A DNA stretch of 64,000 nucleotides, taken from the human T2T-CHM13v2.0 reference genome, Homo sapiens. The notes below the pieces were generated by a model, which made no database searches, was not told where the DNA came from, and saw only the letters and a list, made by a program, of their open reading frames with translations. Every line of letters starts with the position of its first letter. Position 1 is the stretch's first letter. Of the stretch, positions 26,640 to 40,003 are shown piece by piece. The stretch lies in the NCBI RefSeq assembly GCF_009914755.1, contig NC_060938.1; one strand, given 5' to 3'. Both the position numbers and the translations under genes were made by a program.

Positions 26640-26895
26640 CAGTATGTGATTTTTATCTTGAAAGTAAAATATACAGGGTATAAAAATCCCGATTCTGCTA
26701 CTTATTAACTGGATGATCTTGACAAAGTTACTTAACTTCTCTGTGCTTCAGTTTTCCCTCAGCTATAAAAAGGAAACAGTGTTAGCCATGGTACGTAACC
26801 CCAATTGTGGGGATTACATGAGGTAATATACACAAAGGGCTTGACACATTTCCTGGCACGTAGTGTTACATAAGGGGTATCAATTATTAGTATTA
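26640..26895 (+). mobile_element. MIR SINE
   Basis: AAGTTACTTAACTTCTCTGTGCTTCAGTTTTCC core. Confidence 0.7.
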
Positions 26896-29800
26896 GTTTT
26901 AGATGTACCATGAGTTTGCTAATATTCACTATGGATTAATACCACAGATCATTGGAGAAGTATGTGGAATATAAATAATAAGCACCTTATAATAATTTTA
27001 GTTTTTAGATTCTTTCCTAATGATGTCCAGCACTTGGCCTTTTTAATAGTGTTAAGAAAAACAGGGAGTAGCTGTAGAAAACGTAATAGAAGGATGACTC
27101 TATGGTTTGGTTTGTGGTGTGGAAATGAAAGACTGGTAAGAGATGTTTCTGAGGAAGCTCAGCTGCTTCTTTGGAAAAAAGGACAGGTTCTAAGTTTTCA
27201 TGTGGAGATCTCTAATGGAAACTTGCATTTGTGGAAATTCATGAAGCAAAATATCAAACCCAGTGTATCTAAATCAACGGTTCTGTATATCCCCCAAGGA
27301 TTCTTTACATTACTATTCCCAATCCCAGTGGAATTCTTATATCAAAACAAGTTTTATGATTATAATTGTTCTTATTACTCAACAACATCAATCACATATA
27401 TTAAATTACAGCTACATTCTTTTTTAAAATCAAAGGCTTTTTAAATCAAAATACTACCTGCACATATCTAAAAAGCCAATAGTATTATAAAGGTCTGTTC
27501 CTTCCTTAGCCCATCAAGAAAACAGAAATACCATGCTCTACCCCCACCTTCCAATTCAAATCCATTCTAGCAATTTCTAATTAATATGTATATACTCTTG
27601 ATTTATCATTATTAAGCATTATCTATTGACTTCCTTCTATGGCAGCATGCAAATACTCTCACTTTCTCAACATAGTTATATATATATCATAAGCTGGGGT
27701 TAAATAGACAGTCAGTGCATATATGATTATGACCACATGAATATTGCCACTGTCCAACCAAAATGACAACTATGAGTATATATCCTTTCTGGTACAACGT
27801 ATTTTCTTAGTTAATAATTACATTTTTTTCATTTATTCTATGTCAATGTGCTATTTTTTCTAAGTTCTTCAACACAGTCTTAAAAATATTTATTAATAAT
27901 TTCTCTCAAATGCTTCAAGCACCTTAATTTCTTTTTTTTCCCCTCAAGATTCCCTTTCCTTTGACCTCCATTGTTTCTCTGTGTGAACTGATTGCTCTAT
28001 AAGCATAAATGTGATTCTAGACATTTTAGTACCACTCTCCCAAGTTGGCATTCTTGCATTTTGGATCTCATATCTTCATTTCCCAAAGACAAATACTAGA
28101 GAGAAAAAAGGGAGAGGAAGAAGAAGGAGAAAGAGAAAGGAGAAAGAAACACTCTTGGGCTCACTTTTGAACAATGAGAGAAACAAATGAATAAATGGTT
28201 CCTGCCCTCCCCCATGCCCTGCAGGAGGAAAAGTCTGCGGCATATTCCAAAAGACTCTTCAGAAGGTCATGCCAGGATCAGGCACCAGTCATGCACATGG
28301 TGGCCAGCTCCATTATGCACCATTGCATTGGCTCTCTCCACTACCCAAATTTGCTCTCTTGATCCCTCACTCCTGCTCCATGAGATCAGTTCCCAAAAAT
28401 GCCCTGCATGCAAACCTTTATCTCAGTCTCAGCTTTTAAGGGAATGTAAGCTAAGACATGCCTTTTCTCCCTGTGAATAGAGAGGACACGGAGCCAGAAG
28501 ACACAACCCTGCCCGTCTGCTCTCAGTAGTGCCTCATCCCCTTCAAAAGCCCTAGATACTGGCCTATGCAGCTGTCCCAGGGACTACTGACCACAGCTTC
28601 TCTATCGGTGATACATGTTCCTGGCTTCCTGTTTTTAAGAAGTACTGGACACACCTGTGTCACTTTCCTGAAAGAAAGAGTGCTGAGATTGGAGGGTCCA
28701 AGTGGAATTACAGGCTGAGACAGAGAGAAGATACAGGAGATGCTGGCCCTAACAGAGAGGGAAAACAAAACAAAACAAAACAAGAAACTATTCTTATGAA
28801 ATAAAATAAAAAGTCTCCCCATCTGAGAGTCCACTGGTCTTTCCTGAAAGCCAAGTCATTTTTCCATCGAATAAATGCACGAGTAAAAATCAAGAAAACA
28901 TAAACATGGATAAAAGTTTCCTCATAGAGTTGACAAGATTATTCACAGAGACAGACTTCTTGGTCTCAATTTTCTCAGCATCCTCAGAGTTTACTGTGTG
29001 GACACTATGATCACAGAAAGAATCTCAGGTGCCAAAGCTAGCAATTCAAGTTGTTTCTGGTGGAAGTCAGTGCCCTCCTGTAGTCAAATGAATGAACTAG
29101 TAGAAACCACTGCTTTGGTCAGTTTCCCCTCTCCTGTATCTGGCCTTCAGCACCTCAGTAGATGCTTAGAGAGCACTTACCAGGCACCAGCTCCCAGTTG
29201 ATATGGGAACCATTAGAACTCTCTCCAGAGAAACTCAGTCTGGCCCAGTGTTTCTGACTTCAAGCCTCATTTCCATGAATCAGGTAGCTGGTGAAATTGA
29301 TAGACTGCAAACTCCATGAGGGCAGGAACCATGCCTTGGTCATTACAGTGTCCCCAGTACTTAGCATAGTGCCTGGAGCCAGGAGCGTTCTCAATGATCT
29401 ACGCTGCTTTGTCATCTGCTCTGATAATGAGAGTTTCTTGATGTCAAGGGCTGTGTTTTGTTCATTTTTGTATCCACAAAGGGATTAGCACTGTATTTAA
29501 CAATAGTAGAAACTGAAGAAAAAAAAATTGTGTGGAATTACATTTCCTCTTTTTCATCAGAAGTGACTTAGTCTTGCTGACTTTCTTTCTATGCCCTTGT
29601 GTGTTGCCTCTTTGTTTGCTTACTTGATTTTTTTGCCTCACTGAGAATGTAAGGTCTGTGAGGACATCGGCTTGTGTTTCTTCATCCCTGATATTTCTTT
29701 TGCAACCAGCCCAATTCTGATATCTAGAAGGAGGTCAAGAAGTGGTTTTTGGAAGAATAAGTGAATGTAATAGTTATTTCGGACTTGTGTTAAAAGGCCT

Positions 29801-31047
29801 CTTTGCACGATTTAGCAGAAAAAGCACTGGAGTCTTAGTCCCGGTTTTGCAGCTAACTGGGTAATGTAATTCTGAAGTCACATCCCCACTTTCGGCTTCA
29901 GTTTATAACCTGGAAAATTAGGATAATAATACACACTCTACCTTTATCAAAAAAAATCACGATCTAATCTGAATTAGATCATGAAAATGAATACCTTTTA
30001 AAAAGTGAAAAATTTTAAACAAACAAAAATTAATATTATTAAGGAATTATATATATATATATGGAATTAAATGGACAAGAAATATTATCCTAATATACTC
30101 CAAGACAATAGTTTTCACTCCCATACTTATCCGCACTGCTATACAATTCAGTCAGTGCCAAATCACTACCCACACACCTGGTTGTCCTTATTACTGTGGC
30201 TTTGCAACCTTCCCATCACTCAGCTTATCTAAATATTCTCCTGTATCTAAAACCAGTTTTTAGAATCTCCAAAGAGCTTGTTTTCCAACATCCCCCAGAA
30301 ACATGCATTTCTCACCTTACTGAGCCAAACTATTCCCCAGTGTTCATCCTCTCTCCAAGAAAAGTTTTTATTCATTTGGTCATTGGTCAACATTTTTCTC
30401 AGCTGTCTATTTCTCAAAATGTATGTTCTATTCTACTATTTTCTTAAACTAATGCTATTTTCACCACTGGCCAAACTTTGTATTTGAATTTGAATCTTAT
30501 TTGAATTTTACATTCTACTTTGGCCATATCTTTGTAATCAGAAATACCAGTGATAGTACTCACCATTCGGTGTACAAAGTATATAAAATAGACATGCTCC
30601 ATATCTATTAAGTGATGAAAATTTTCTAGGTGATTTTATTATAAAATTAAACATTTTTAGAAGAAAATGCTTCTTTAGTAGATTGAGAAGAAAATATTCC
30701 AGGGAATGACCAACCCAGTGATGTCATCTTACTGTATATATAAATTTTCATACTTGATTACTACTATAATCAACTACAATGTGAACATTTCTTTTGAAGT
30801 GCTAATCGGTATGAAATATTCTCTTCAACCTCAGATTAAATATTCACCCTCAGTCCCCCTCATTTCCCCTGAAATACAATGACATTAAATTGCCTGATCT
30901 TTGCATTTTCTGATTTATTTTATTTTTATTTATTTTCCTTTGAGGTGGGCTGGGTACTTGCAATGGCTAATAGTGCAGAGCTGCAATTCTAGGCACTATC
31001 AGCAGGTGTTTTAACTAACACATTATGTGGATTATTTAAAAACTTAA

Positions 31048-31400
<353 letters not shown>

Positions 31401-32162
31401 TACAAGCTCATATTTTAAAGCTCCATTCTTAGCTCAGAGCTGAGCCATTAAAGTTCAATAATGTAAGACAGCAAGAATGCTAAAGCTTGATGCTAAACCT
31501 ATTCAGTAATATGGAACAGCATTTGAGATCAGGAAGGAGGTGGTCCCACAACTGGGAATTAAAATCAAAATGGATTTGAGCAGATAAAGCTGCATGTCCA
31601 AAGGAAGTTGGTGGGAAAACTTGAATCTGCCAGGAATTTTCTGCTAGATTTACTGCAGATCCTGCCAGATTCAAGCCAAGCATAGAAAAATAAGCAGAAA
31701 ACCTCCTTCATCACTGCCTGTGAAAGAATGTTGAGTCCAAGAGACGAGTAGAGAAAGACCTCTATAGATTAGGACCCATTAATATACACTGACTTGGCAA
31801 ACCGAGACCTAGAGGCAAGTACAGACCACAGGACCACCAGATGATTTACTACCTTGGATCCTACTGGTGGCAAAAGCTGCTCCCAGGGTCCACTTCCCTG
31901 TACAGAAAACTACCTCATAGAAACTGAAAATTATATGGCAATATACATCAAAGAGTCCTTGCACTCTGACCCTGTAATTTCACTTCTAGAAATTTCTTCT
32001 TTCTTAAAAAAACAATCAAGTATGTACAAAGATTCATTTTTTAAATGTTGGTGAGAGCTTTATTTAAATGAGTGGAGAAGGAAAAGAAACCCCAATGTCT
32101 CACAAAGGAGTTGATTTAAAAACTGGGGGCACATTGGATATAACCAATAAAAATCATTTTAT

Positions 32163-32650
32163 CTAAACTTCTGCTTCCAGCCACGCCGAAATAACAGGGA
32201 CCAGATTTACCATTCCACTTGAAACAACAGCAACTGAGAAGGCTGCAGACAAATGACATAAATCAACAATTTCCAAAACACGGTATACTAAGCAATAAAT
32301 GACCATGATCCTGAGAGATGGGAAACAAATGAGGCGAGCCCTAACATTGCAATAGCTTATTGCCTTGAGAGAGTTTCTAGGCCACAGCACAAAGAGGGGA
32401 AACTGAGGCAGAACCTGGTAGGCTCCCTGAATTGAGGCAACAGATCTGAGACAGAGAAGACTAAGGCAGCTGAAGTTCATAAGACAGAATACACGAGAGG
32501 AGAGAGGGGCACAGAGAGGACCTAGAGATCTGCCGAGGGTGCCCTCAAGTATTCAGCAGAATGCTCATCTGCGCACGCATGTGGAATCTACCCGAGGGTG
32601 GGTGGCGGCAGCAGGGAATAACCATTCAAAAAGATTAAAGGAAAGAGGAC
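32163..32650 (+). mobile_element. Old L1M (L1MC/MD-type) 5'-end fragment
   Basis: TTCTGCTTCCAGCC..AACAGGGACCAGATTTACC..GAGAGATGGGAAACAAATGAGG. Confidence 0.6.
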
Positions 32651-32856
32651 CTCTTCAAGTATGTCTAGAATTTAGAAAAGAGTTTATTGCTTAGCCATAT
32701 ATTTCTTAATTCTTTAATTAATATTTCATACATTTCATTTTCTCTGGCTCTAGTCACTTATCACTGTGGTCCATTTTCAAACAAAGAATCATTTCACATA
32801 TTGAGGAAACAATATATGAATAGCCTGTCTGGCTTAGATAAAGAGTAAAGGCAAGA

Positions 32857-33148
32857 GACCAGGTGCGGTGGCTCACGTCTGTAATTCTGGTCCTTTAGGA
32901 GGCAGAGGTGGGCAGATTACCTGAGGTCAAAAGTTTGAGACCAGCTTGACCAACATGATGAAACCCTGTCTCTACTAAAACTACAAAGAAGTAGTTGGGT
33001 GTGGTGGCACATGCCTGTAATTGCAGCTATTCCAGAGGCTGAGGCAGGAGAATCACTTGATCATGGGAGGCGGAAGTTGCAGTGAGTGGAGATCACGTCA
33101 CTGCACTCCAGCCTGAGCAACAGAACAAGACTTCGTCTCAAAAAAAAA
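32857..33148 (+). mobile_element. AluS SINE (diverged)
   Basis: Full dimer; TSD AGTAAAG(G/A)CAAGA. Confidence 0.9.
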
Positions 33149-33619
33149 AGTAAAGACAAGAATAAGTATCACCCATATGGCATGACCAAAGTTTTTGGTA
33201 AACCTAGGGTTTTTTTTCTGTTGTCAGTAATAAAATTGCCCTTAAAAACTAGTTTTTATTTCTCATTCCTGAACTCATTTACATATAATGTCGAAGTATG
33301 ATAAATTCAAACTATGCTGACACCTGTACGAATGTGGCTTAGTATGATATAAAGTCTTTATACTTTCACCAACTTCAAACCTCAGTTTCTACTGTTATAA
33401 AGTTCATTTCACTCTCTCTTGTGACCATTTAAATACTTTCACATATTTCATCGCATTTTTCATCTTCTAGGGCTGAGGACTCCTAATTCTTAAGAATATT
33501 TCTGTTATCCCTATAATTACTGTCGTGTCTCTCCAGGCATTCTTTTTTAGTGAACAGTTGTCATTAATCACTTCCAGAAAGGATTCAAACACCATCTCTA
33601 CATTTATCCTTCCAAGTGC

Positions 33620-34050
33620 TGTGACTATTGCCTTGCGAACTACATTTTCCAGGCTCCCTTGCAGCTAAGGTGCAGATCTGTATTCAGCCAAGTATTTGAT
33701 TGGGAGATGAGCCATATGAGGAACAGGTTAGGCAGGGGCATCCCTTTTCTTGGTTTAGGGGCAGTGGAGGCCATGTGGTCTGGGTTAGGCAGCAACAGCA
33801 TCTTCTTGATTGGGCCAGGAGCAGTAACTTCCTGTTTGGGCCCATTTGGCTGCATATTCTGTTGCTGGCAGCACTGGAGGCAGCTGGCATAGGGATAGGA
33901 CTGCAGCCTTCTTATGAGGCTGATGGATGGGTGGTTCTGGGCATCACTCCTGGAAGTCGAGCCTAGAATCTTTTTCTCCAGTCTGCCCAATGATTCTATG
34001 AGCCTTCTGCCTCCCCAAATCCTGATCTGCTTACACTAGGTAAAGCGATT
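33620..34050. mobile_element. Old ERVL LTR (LTR33-like, approximate)
   Basis: CTACATTTTCCAGGCTCCCTTGCAGCTAAG motif. Confidence 0.45.
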
Positions 34051-35161
34051 TCCTTTCTTTCTTGTCCCTTAGCACACAGATATCTCACAGTGTTTAGTCT
34101 GAGACCCACCACAGCTTTCATTCCAGCATCCTTTAAGCTGAGTATCAGACCTGGTTCACTTTTTCACTGCAGTACACTTGGCTCATTCCAATGAGGATGA
34201 CTTCATGTTTATAGTGATTTCTGGTTCCTTTGCTTGGAAATCCTAAAAGATAGAAAAGAGTCTCCAGTTGCTGCAGACGCAGGCATGAGATATACCGAAA
34301 ACTCTCCAAAATTGTCTCTTGGAATGTTTCTTCATTACTTCACTAGGTTTCTTTCTAACCTTCAGAGCTAGTAAGGACCTTGGATTAAAAGGGCCATTGA
34401 ATTTCTAGTTTAGTTAAGAAATATTTTCCTCATTTCATGGGAGTGGGGAAGCAGTGCAGACTAAACTCAGAGCCCACATCATGTTGTTCTTACCAGTTCA
34501 AATCAAATCACGGTTTCCAGTCACTTGGCTAATATTTATCCTTCTTTAAATCTTGATGAAATGTCTCTTCCTCAATGAACACTTCTCTGCCCCTCAACCT
34601 AAATTTGTTCCCCTCGTGTTACTGTTTTAAAGAACCCTGTAATTTCTATGTATTTCTGTGTGATTATTTGTATAATATCTGTCCTTCCTATTAACCTCTA
34701 AGTTCCACTAAATGCTCTGTGTTCAGAATAGTGCCTGGCACAAAGGAGTATGACAAATAGTGATGAGTGAATGAATCTGAGCCATCAGACATGTATCTTA
34801 CTTTGTGTTGGGCTGTCCCTCAAGTGTAGATGTTCCTAGTGACAATCCCATTAATTCAAACACTGACTGGAGAGGATTGAAAACATATGAAGCAGTGCTT
34901 TTGGAACTGAGGCTGTAGTCCAATATGACTGGAGATAAAAAATGAAGACTTTAAAAACAGAATTCACATAAAAGCAGGTATCAACATGGAAAACTGCAGA
35001 GGATGCCTGTATACACAGTGGGCACAGCAGCAGCATTAGACCAATCACCTCCAAACTTGAGGTTCCAGGCTGAGGTGACAGATCAGAGTGAACCAGGCAC
35101 TGTAGAACAATGGGAACACTTAGATTCCTGACACTGGAATTTGCTGATTCTTCTACCAACG

Positions 35162-35917
35162 TGTAGCAAGAAATTTAGCCTTACCCAAAGTCAGGTCTGG
35201 TCTTTGTCCCAGTTCCTGGGAGATAACCTCTGAAGGCTCGGAATTTCCTGAATTGTTGGCATGTCTTTATAATTGATGGTGGGGTCCTTGGACCGCACTT
35301 AATAGTTTCTGCTATCAAGATGACTCATTGTGAGGCTGGCCACAATCAATGGTCTCAGGATGGGGGCTGGCCATGCCAGAAAGACCAACCATATAACATA
35401 GGGTGGAGGGTTTGTGTCACAACCTAGAGAGTGAGTTCAACCACACAGGCTATCAGTCATCTGATATAATGAAGCCCCAATAAAAACTCTGGACACCAAA
35501 GCTCAGCTGAGTTTTCCAGACTGGCAATATTCCATGGGTATTGTCACGCCTTGATGCTGGGAGGGTAACTCATCCCTGAGGACAGTGGAAGTTTCACGTT
35601 TGGAACCCTACCAGACTCTGCCCTATGCATCTCATCCCTTGGCTGCTTTTAATGTATCCTTTCTCTGTAATAAACGAATCACAAGTATACTAGGTTTCAA
35701 TGAGTTCTATGAGTCTTTCTAGTGAATTATGGAACCTGATTTAGGAAATACCCAACCTTGCCATTGGTGCCAGTAGTGAGAGTGGTCTTGCATGAACTTA
35801 TCTCCCCTTTGTAGTTGAGTCCTAGCGACTTACAGTTGGGGGCAGAAGTCTTATGTAGATTTAGTCTGGAGGTCTATGACCTTAACCTTGCAGTTTGGCT
35901 AACTCTGGGTAGCTACA
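35162..35917 (+). mobile_element. MER21-family LTR
   Basis: TGTAGCAAGAAATTTAGCCTTACCCAAAG..GGTCTGG; CCCCAATAAAAACTCTGGACACCAAAGCTCAG. Confidence 0.8.
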
Positions 35918-36513
35918 TTTTGTATTGAGCAACTCTATATGAATAAAAGAAGTTTTGTTCATATAATGCCTTAACAGTGAATCAAGTATATCAAGAAAGT
36001 TTTTTAAAAGTTAAAAGTAGGCAAGTCTACTGGTAATAAAGTAGGCAAGTCACAAGGTAATTAAATGCCTACGTTTCAATGATTACACATGTTGCTTAGA
36101 ACATACACATATATGAGATCATCACGTTAAAATATTTCTAACACACAGGCTGGCAACACCTAACAATAATAATAATTAGTAATTGTCTAGTTCTTACTAC
36201 TAACTGGTTTCTGTTCTGAGTGTTCTACATATATTAACTAATTTAATTCTCATAAGAACTCTGGTTATTAGCCAGGTTTGTAGAAGCTGAGGCACAAGGA
36301 GGTTAAATACTTCGCCCTATGGCACACTCCCAAAATTTGAATCCAAACCATCCAACTCCATAGCTCATGCTCTTAACCAATGCCCCATACAGCTTCTCAG
36401 AAGGCAATCACTTGAAATTTCTCTCTGATCTTATAGAAAGGTGTTAGTAGACTGGTTATCTTAACGTCCAATCCCAATCATCTTTGTAGCAAAGTAATAT
36501 TTTTATATGAACA

Positions 36514-37062
36514 TGTCAGAGGCATTTGAACCAGAGCAACTCCATCTTGAATAGGGGCTGGGTAAAATGAGGCTGAGGCCTACTGGGCTGCATTCCCAGG
36601 AGGCTAATGCATTCTTGGTCACAGGATGAGAAAGGAGGTTGACACAAGATACAGGTAATAAAGACCTTGCTGATAAAACAGGTTGCAGTAAAGAAGCCTG
36701 CTAAAATCCACCAAAACCAAGATGGCGACAAGAGTGACCTCTGGTCATCCTTATTGCTACACTCCCACCAGTGCCACGACAGTTTACAAATACCATGGCA
36801 ATGTCAGGAAGTTACCCTATCTAAAAAGGGGAGGCATGAATAATCTACCCCTTGTTTAGCATATAATCAAGAAATAACCATAAAAATGGGCAATCAGCAG
36901 CCCTCAAGGATGCTCTGTCTATGGAGTAGCCATACTTTTATTCCTCTAGTTTCTTAATAAACTTTCTTTCACTTTACTATATGGACTCACCCTGAATTCT
37001 TTCTTGCGTGAGATCCAAGAACCCTCTCTTAGGGTCTGGATTGGGACCCCTTTCCAGCAACA
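36514..37062 (+). mobile_element. MER41A-type ERV1 solo LTR
   Basis: TGTCAGAGGCATTTGAACCAGAGCAACTCCATCTTGAATAGG...GGACCCCTTTCCAGCAACA; GGGGAGG|CATGAATAAT junction lacks the MER41B GAS insert. Confidence 0.88.
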
Positions 37063-39893
37063 AAGAGATGTGTATTTTATTTCTGAAAATACTTTTTTGC
37101 TTTGTTATCATTCTCATGTTAGGCCAGCAGCTCAGGAAGTCCTGGTCTCCTTCCTATATTGGAAAAGGGAGTTCACAATGAACACAAAAGAAGAAAGGAT
37201 AAATTTGAAAATTCCTCTGGAGACAATAGAATGGAAAAAAGGGGTTTTGAGTTTGGGTTACGACTTTTGAGTTTAAAAATAAATCTATGCCTCAAAAAGT
37301 TCTCTTAGAATATATCTGAATACAAAAACCAATTATGCAACCCTAGATTTAATGCAAATTTCTTAGTTTCTGGGAATTTCTGGGGTGATGGAGACAAAAG
37401 CAAGAAAGTAAGACATCAGTGAAGATCTCTGCCCATCTCCACATACCCTCCCAGCAGTGGGGTGGGAGGAGGCAATTTTTAGCCCCCAAATAGGATGTTA
37501 GGAATCTGAAACTAGAGGAGATTGACAACTAATTCCTCTCAGAAAGACTGAGTGACAGTATCCTGCAAATTTCCACCAGGGCAGAGACAGCTGTGCAGTA
37601 GTGCCAATAGGCCCAGAAAGCCCAAGACAGCCCCATTCTGCCAGACTGGAATTAGAGTAGTTGAATTTTTGCATGCACACAAAAAGCATAGAAATTAACA
37701 GAGAGAGACTTAGTGGACCTGGATGGGTGTCAATATTATAATAAAAAGGATGCAGAGCATATAGATTAACAGCCAGAGACCTACAGGGACTCAGACATCA
37801 GGACATTAGAAACAATAATGTCCCAGACTGGACCCTAAGCACTGCACCCCAACAGATGCCAGTATGGGCCAGGTGTCCCCAACCAATGCCAGACCACCAG
37901 TTAAGGCCTCTACATTCCACCCCAAGGATGGCGAGGAGGAAATCTGAACTGATGGAAGACATCCTGAATTGACTTAGAAAGTCATGATTTTACTGAGAAA
38001 ACCCTGTATTTACTTAAAGCAAGCTTTCTGACACCACGCAAAGTGGTTACCAGAGTTAGAAATTAGGCTGTTATAGAAAATAAAGCTATCCTGGATTGAA
38101 CATCTGAGTAAATTACAAAACATTTACCCGCTACATCTCTATTCACCAGATAGCGAACTCAAGCATTCCTCTGCCCCTACATAAATGACAAATGACATTC
38201 ACGTGTATTACATATCCCCTCAGGCCTAACTAGGGCTGTGTGCTGTTTCCAAGACCAAAATGTCACAACTGTAAACCACTCACCTGGATACTTGCTATAA
38301 GAAATAGCTTGGATTAGTATGGAACTTGGTGTAACCCTCAAATATGGGAGTTTGTCACTAGAGGTACCAGAGGACCACATTCTCTGTTAGGGGACCTCGA
38401 TGACAGTATATTACAATGAAGGCAGTGACTGGCAAACAGCAGCTTCAAATAGGCATGCAAACAAACATTGAGAAACAGTAAGCACATAAGATAACTCATT
38501 TAGACACTTTTATATGCAGCATGTATAGGATTTAAAATAACATTCCCAAGTTGAACTGAAACCATTACTATGTAAATGCCACAGCCAAGTCAAATGAAAT
38601 AGTAAATACCAGCCTTGCAAATTGGTCTCCCTCAAGGGCACTCAAAAGAGTTAGACTGCGTGCTGCTGCCTTAGGAAATGTCCTCCTCTCTATCAATCAT
38701 TTCTGCTTTGACATCAAACCCATTGACCAGCATATGTTTTGGAATTTCTGAACAACTGACTTTCAAGGATTCACATTCATTCTGCACTTTCTTAGAAACC
38801 TCACAGGAGCCACTGTTGCCAATAAAATAAAATAAAAAAACACAAACATTATAAATCTAACCCCAAAATGGGATTGCTTCAAAAGAGAATGGACACCCCA
38901 CTCCCTACATTGCTTGTACACATCTGTGTTGATTCTCTTGGTGAACTGGCCCATGCAAGCAGGAGCTCATCAATCAGCAGTTGTCACCAAGTGCAAGTCA
39001 GAATTGCTCAACAGAAAAATTGAGTCTTTTTTTATTCCCTATTGTCACCTACTAAAATGTAAGTTGCTTGTTGATCTCATCACACTGAGCTATGTTTCAG
39101 GGAAGTGTTGAAAAGGCCCAGCCTGCGCATATTCTTGAAATTTTGAAATAATGGCTCAGTGAACAGATGTATACTTTCTCCCAATGGCTCTTTGTGGAAA
39201 TGAATTTTTTATGAGCCCAAAGTATCTTTGATTCATCCCTGATTAAAAGTCAGGTTAAAACTAAATACCATATACTTTTTGAAAGACATTTTAGGAAGTT
39301 ATTGACACAAGGACTTTTGAGACTGAAAATCATGGGTTAACAATAAACCTTTGTTTGGTGAAACAAAAGAACAGTACAGGACAGAGGTGAAAAGCACAGG
39401 CTCCAGGGCCAGAGTCCCTGGGCTCAGATTCTTCACATTTCAGCTCTGTAACCTTGAACAAACTACTCCAGTTAATCATAACTTCAGTCTTTTTTAAAAA
39501 ATGGGATATTAAATAATGGGTATTAAATAATAGGGTTGCCATAGAGGAAAATATAAGGTAATATTTATATGCACATAAAACAGTGCCTGGCACAGAGCCA
39601 GTGTTCAATTAGTACTAGCTATTTTTTGGATACATGTAGATAAAAGAAGCATTTAATGAATAGTTACATGCCCATTAACATAAAATGTAAGCCACTTCCA
39701 TATTCTGTAGCTTATGGTGACAAAGTTTTCTGCTCACGTATTAACTAAAAGGAGCGAAGAGCTTCCCTATAATATTGAAAATTTTATCCTAATGGTTCCA
39801 AAGGACTGTTTTCTAGGAATGTTTGCTACAGAAACCTCACTGGTTAGATGTTTGTTGGAGCACACTGTGATTATTCATTGTCACTGCAAACTG

Positions 39894-40003
39894 TGTTTAC
39901 CACGGGAGGCTGTTCTGACTCACCACTTTGTGACTCACCGATTAGTAAACAGCTAAATGTCGCATTGCTGATTTAGGTGTAATTTACTGCGTCAATATAA
40001 AAG
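39894..40003 (+). promoter_or_regulatory. Candidate orphan promoter/enhancer module
   Basis: TGTTTAC, 2x TGACTCA, GTAAACA, TGCGTCA and TATAAAAG within 110 bp of apparently non-repetitive DNA. Confidence 0.4.

Noticed and set aside
26962-27444. 160-aa ORF downstream of TRAV41
   Set aside because: AT-rich, no recognisable domain or splice structure; consistent with a chance ORF.
36514-37062. MER41 LTR as an interferon-gamma/STAT1-inducible enhancer
   Set aside because: The junction GGGGAGG|CATGAATAAT shows it lacks the tandem GAS insert of MER41B; it is MER41A-like.
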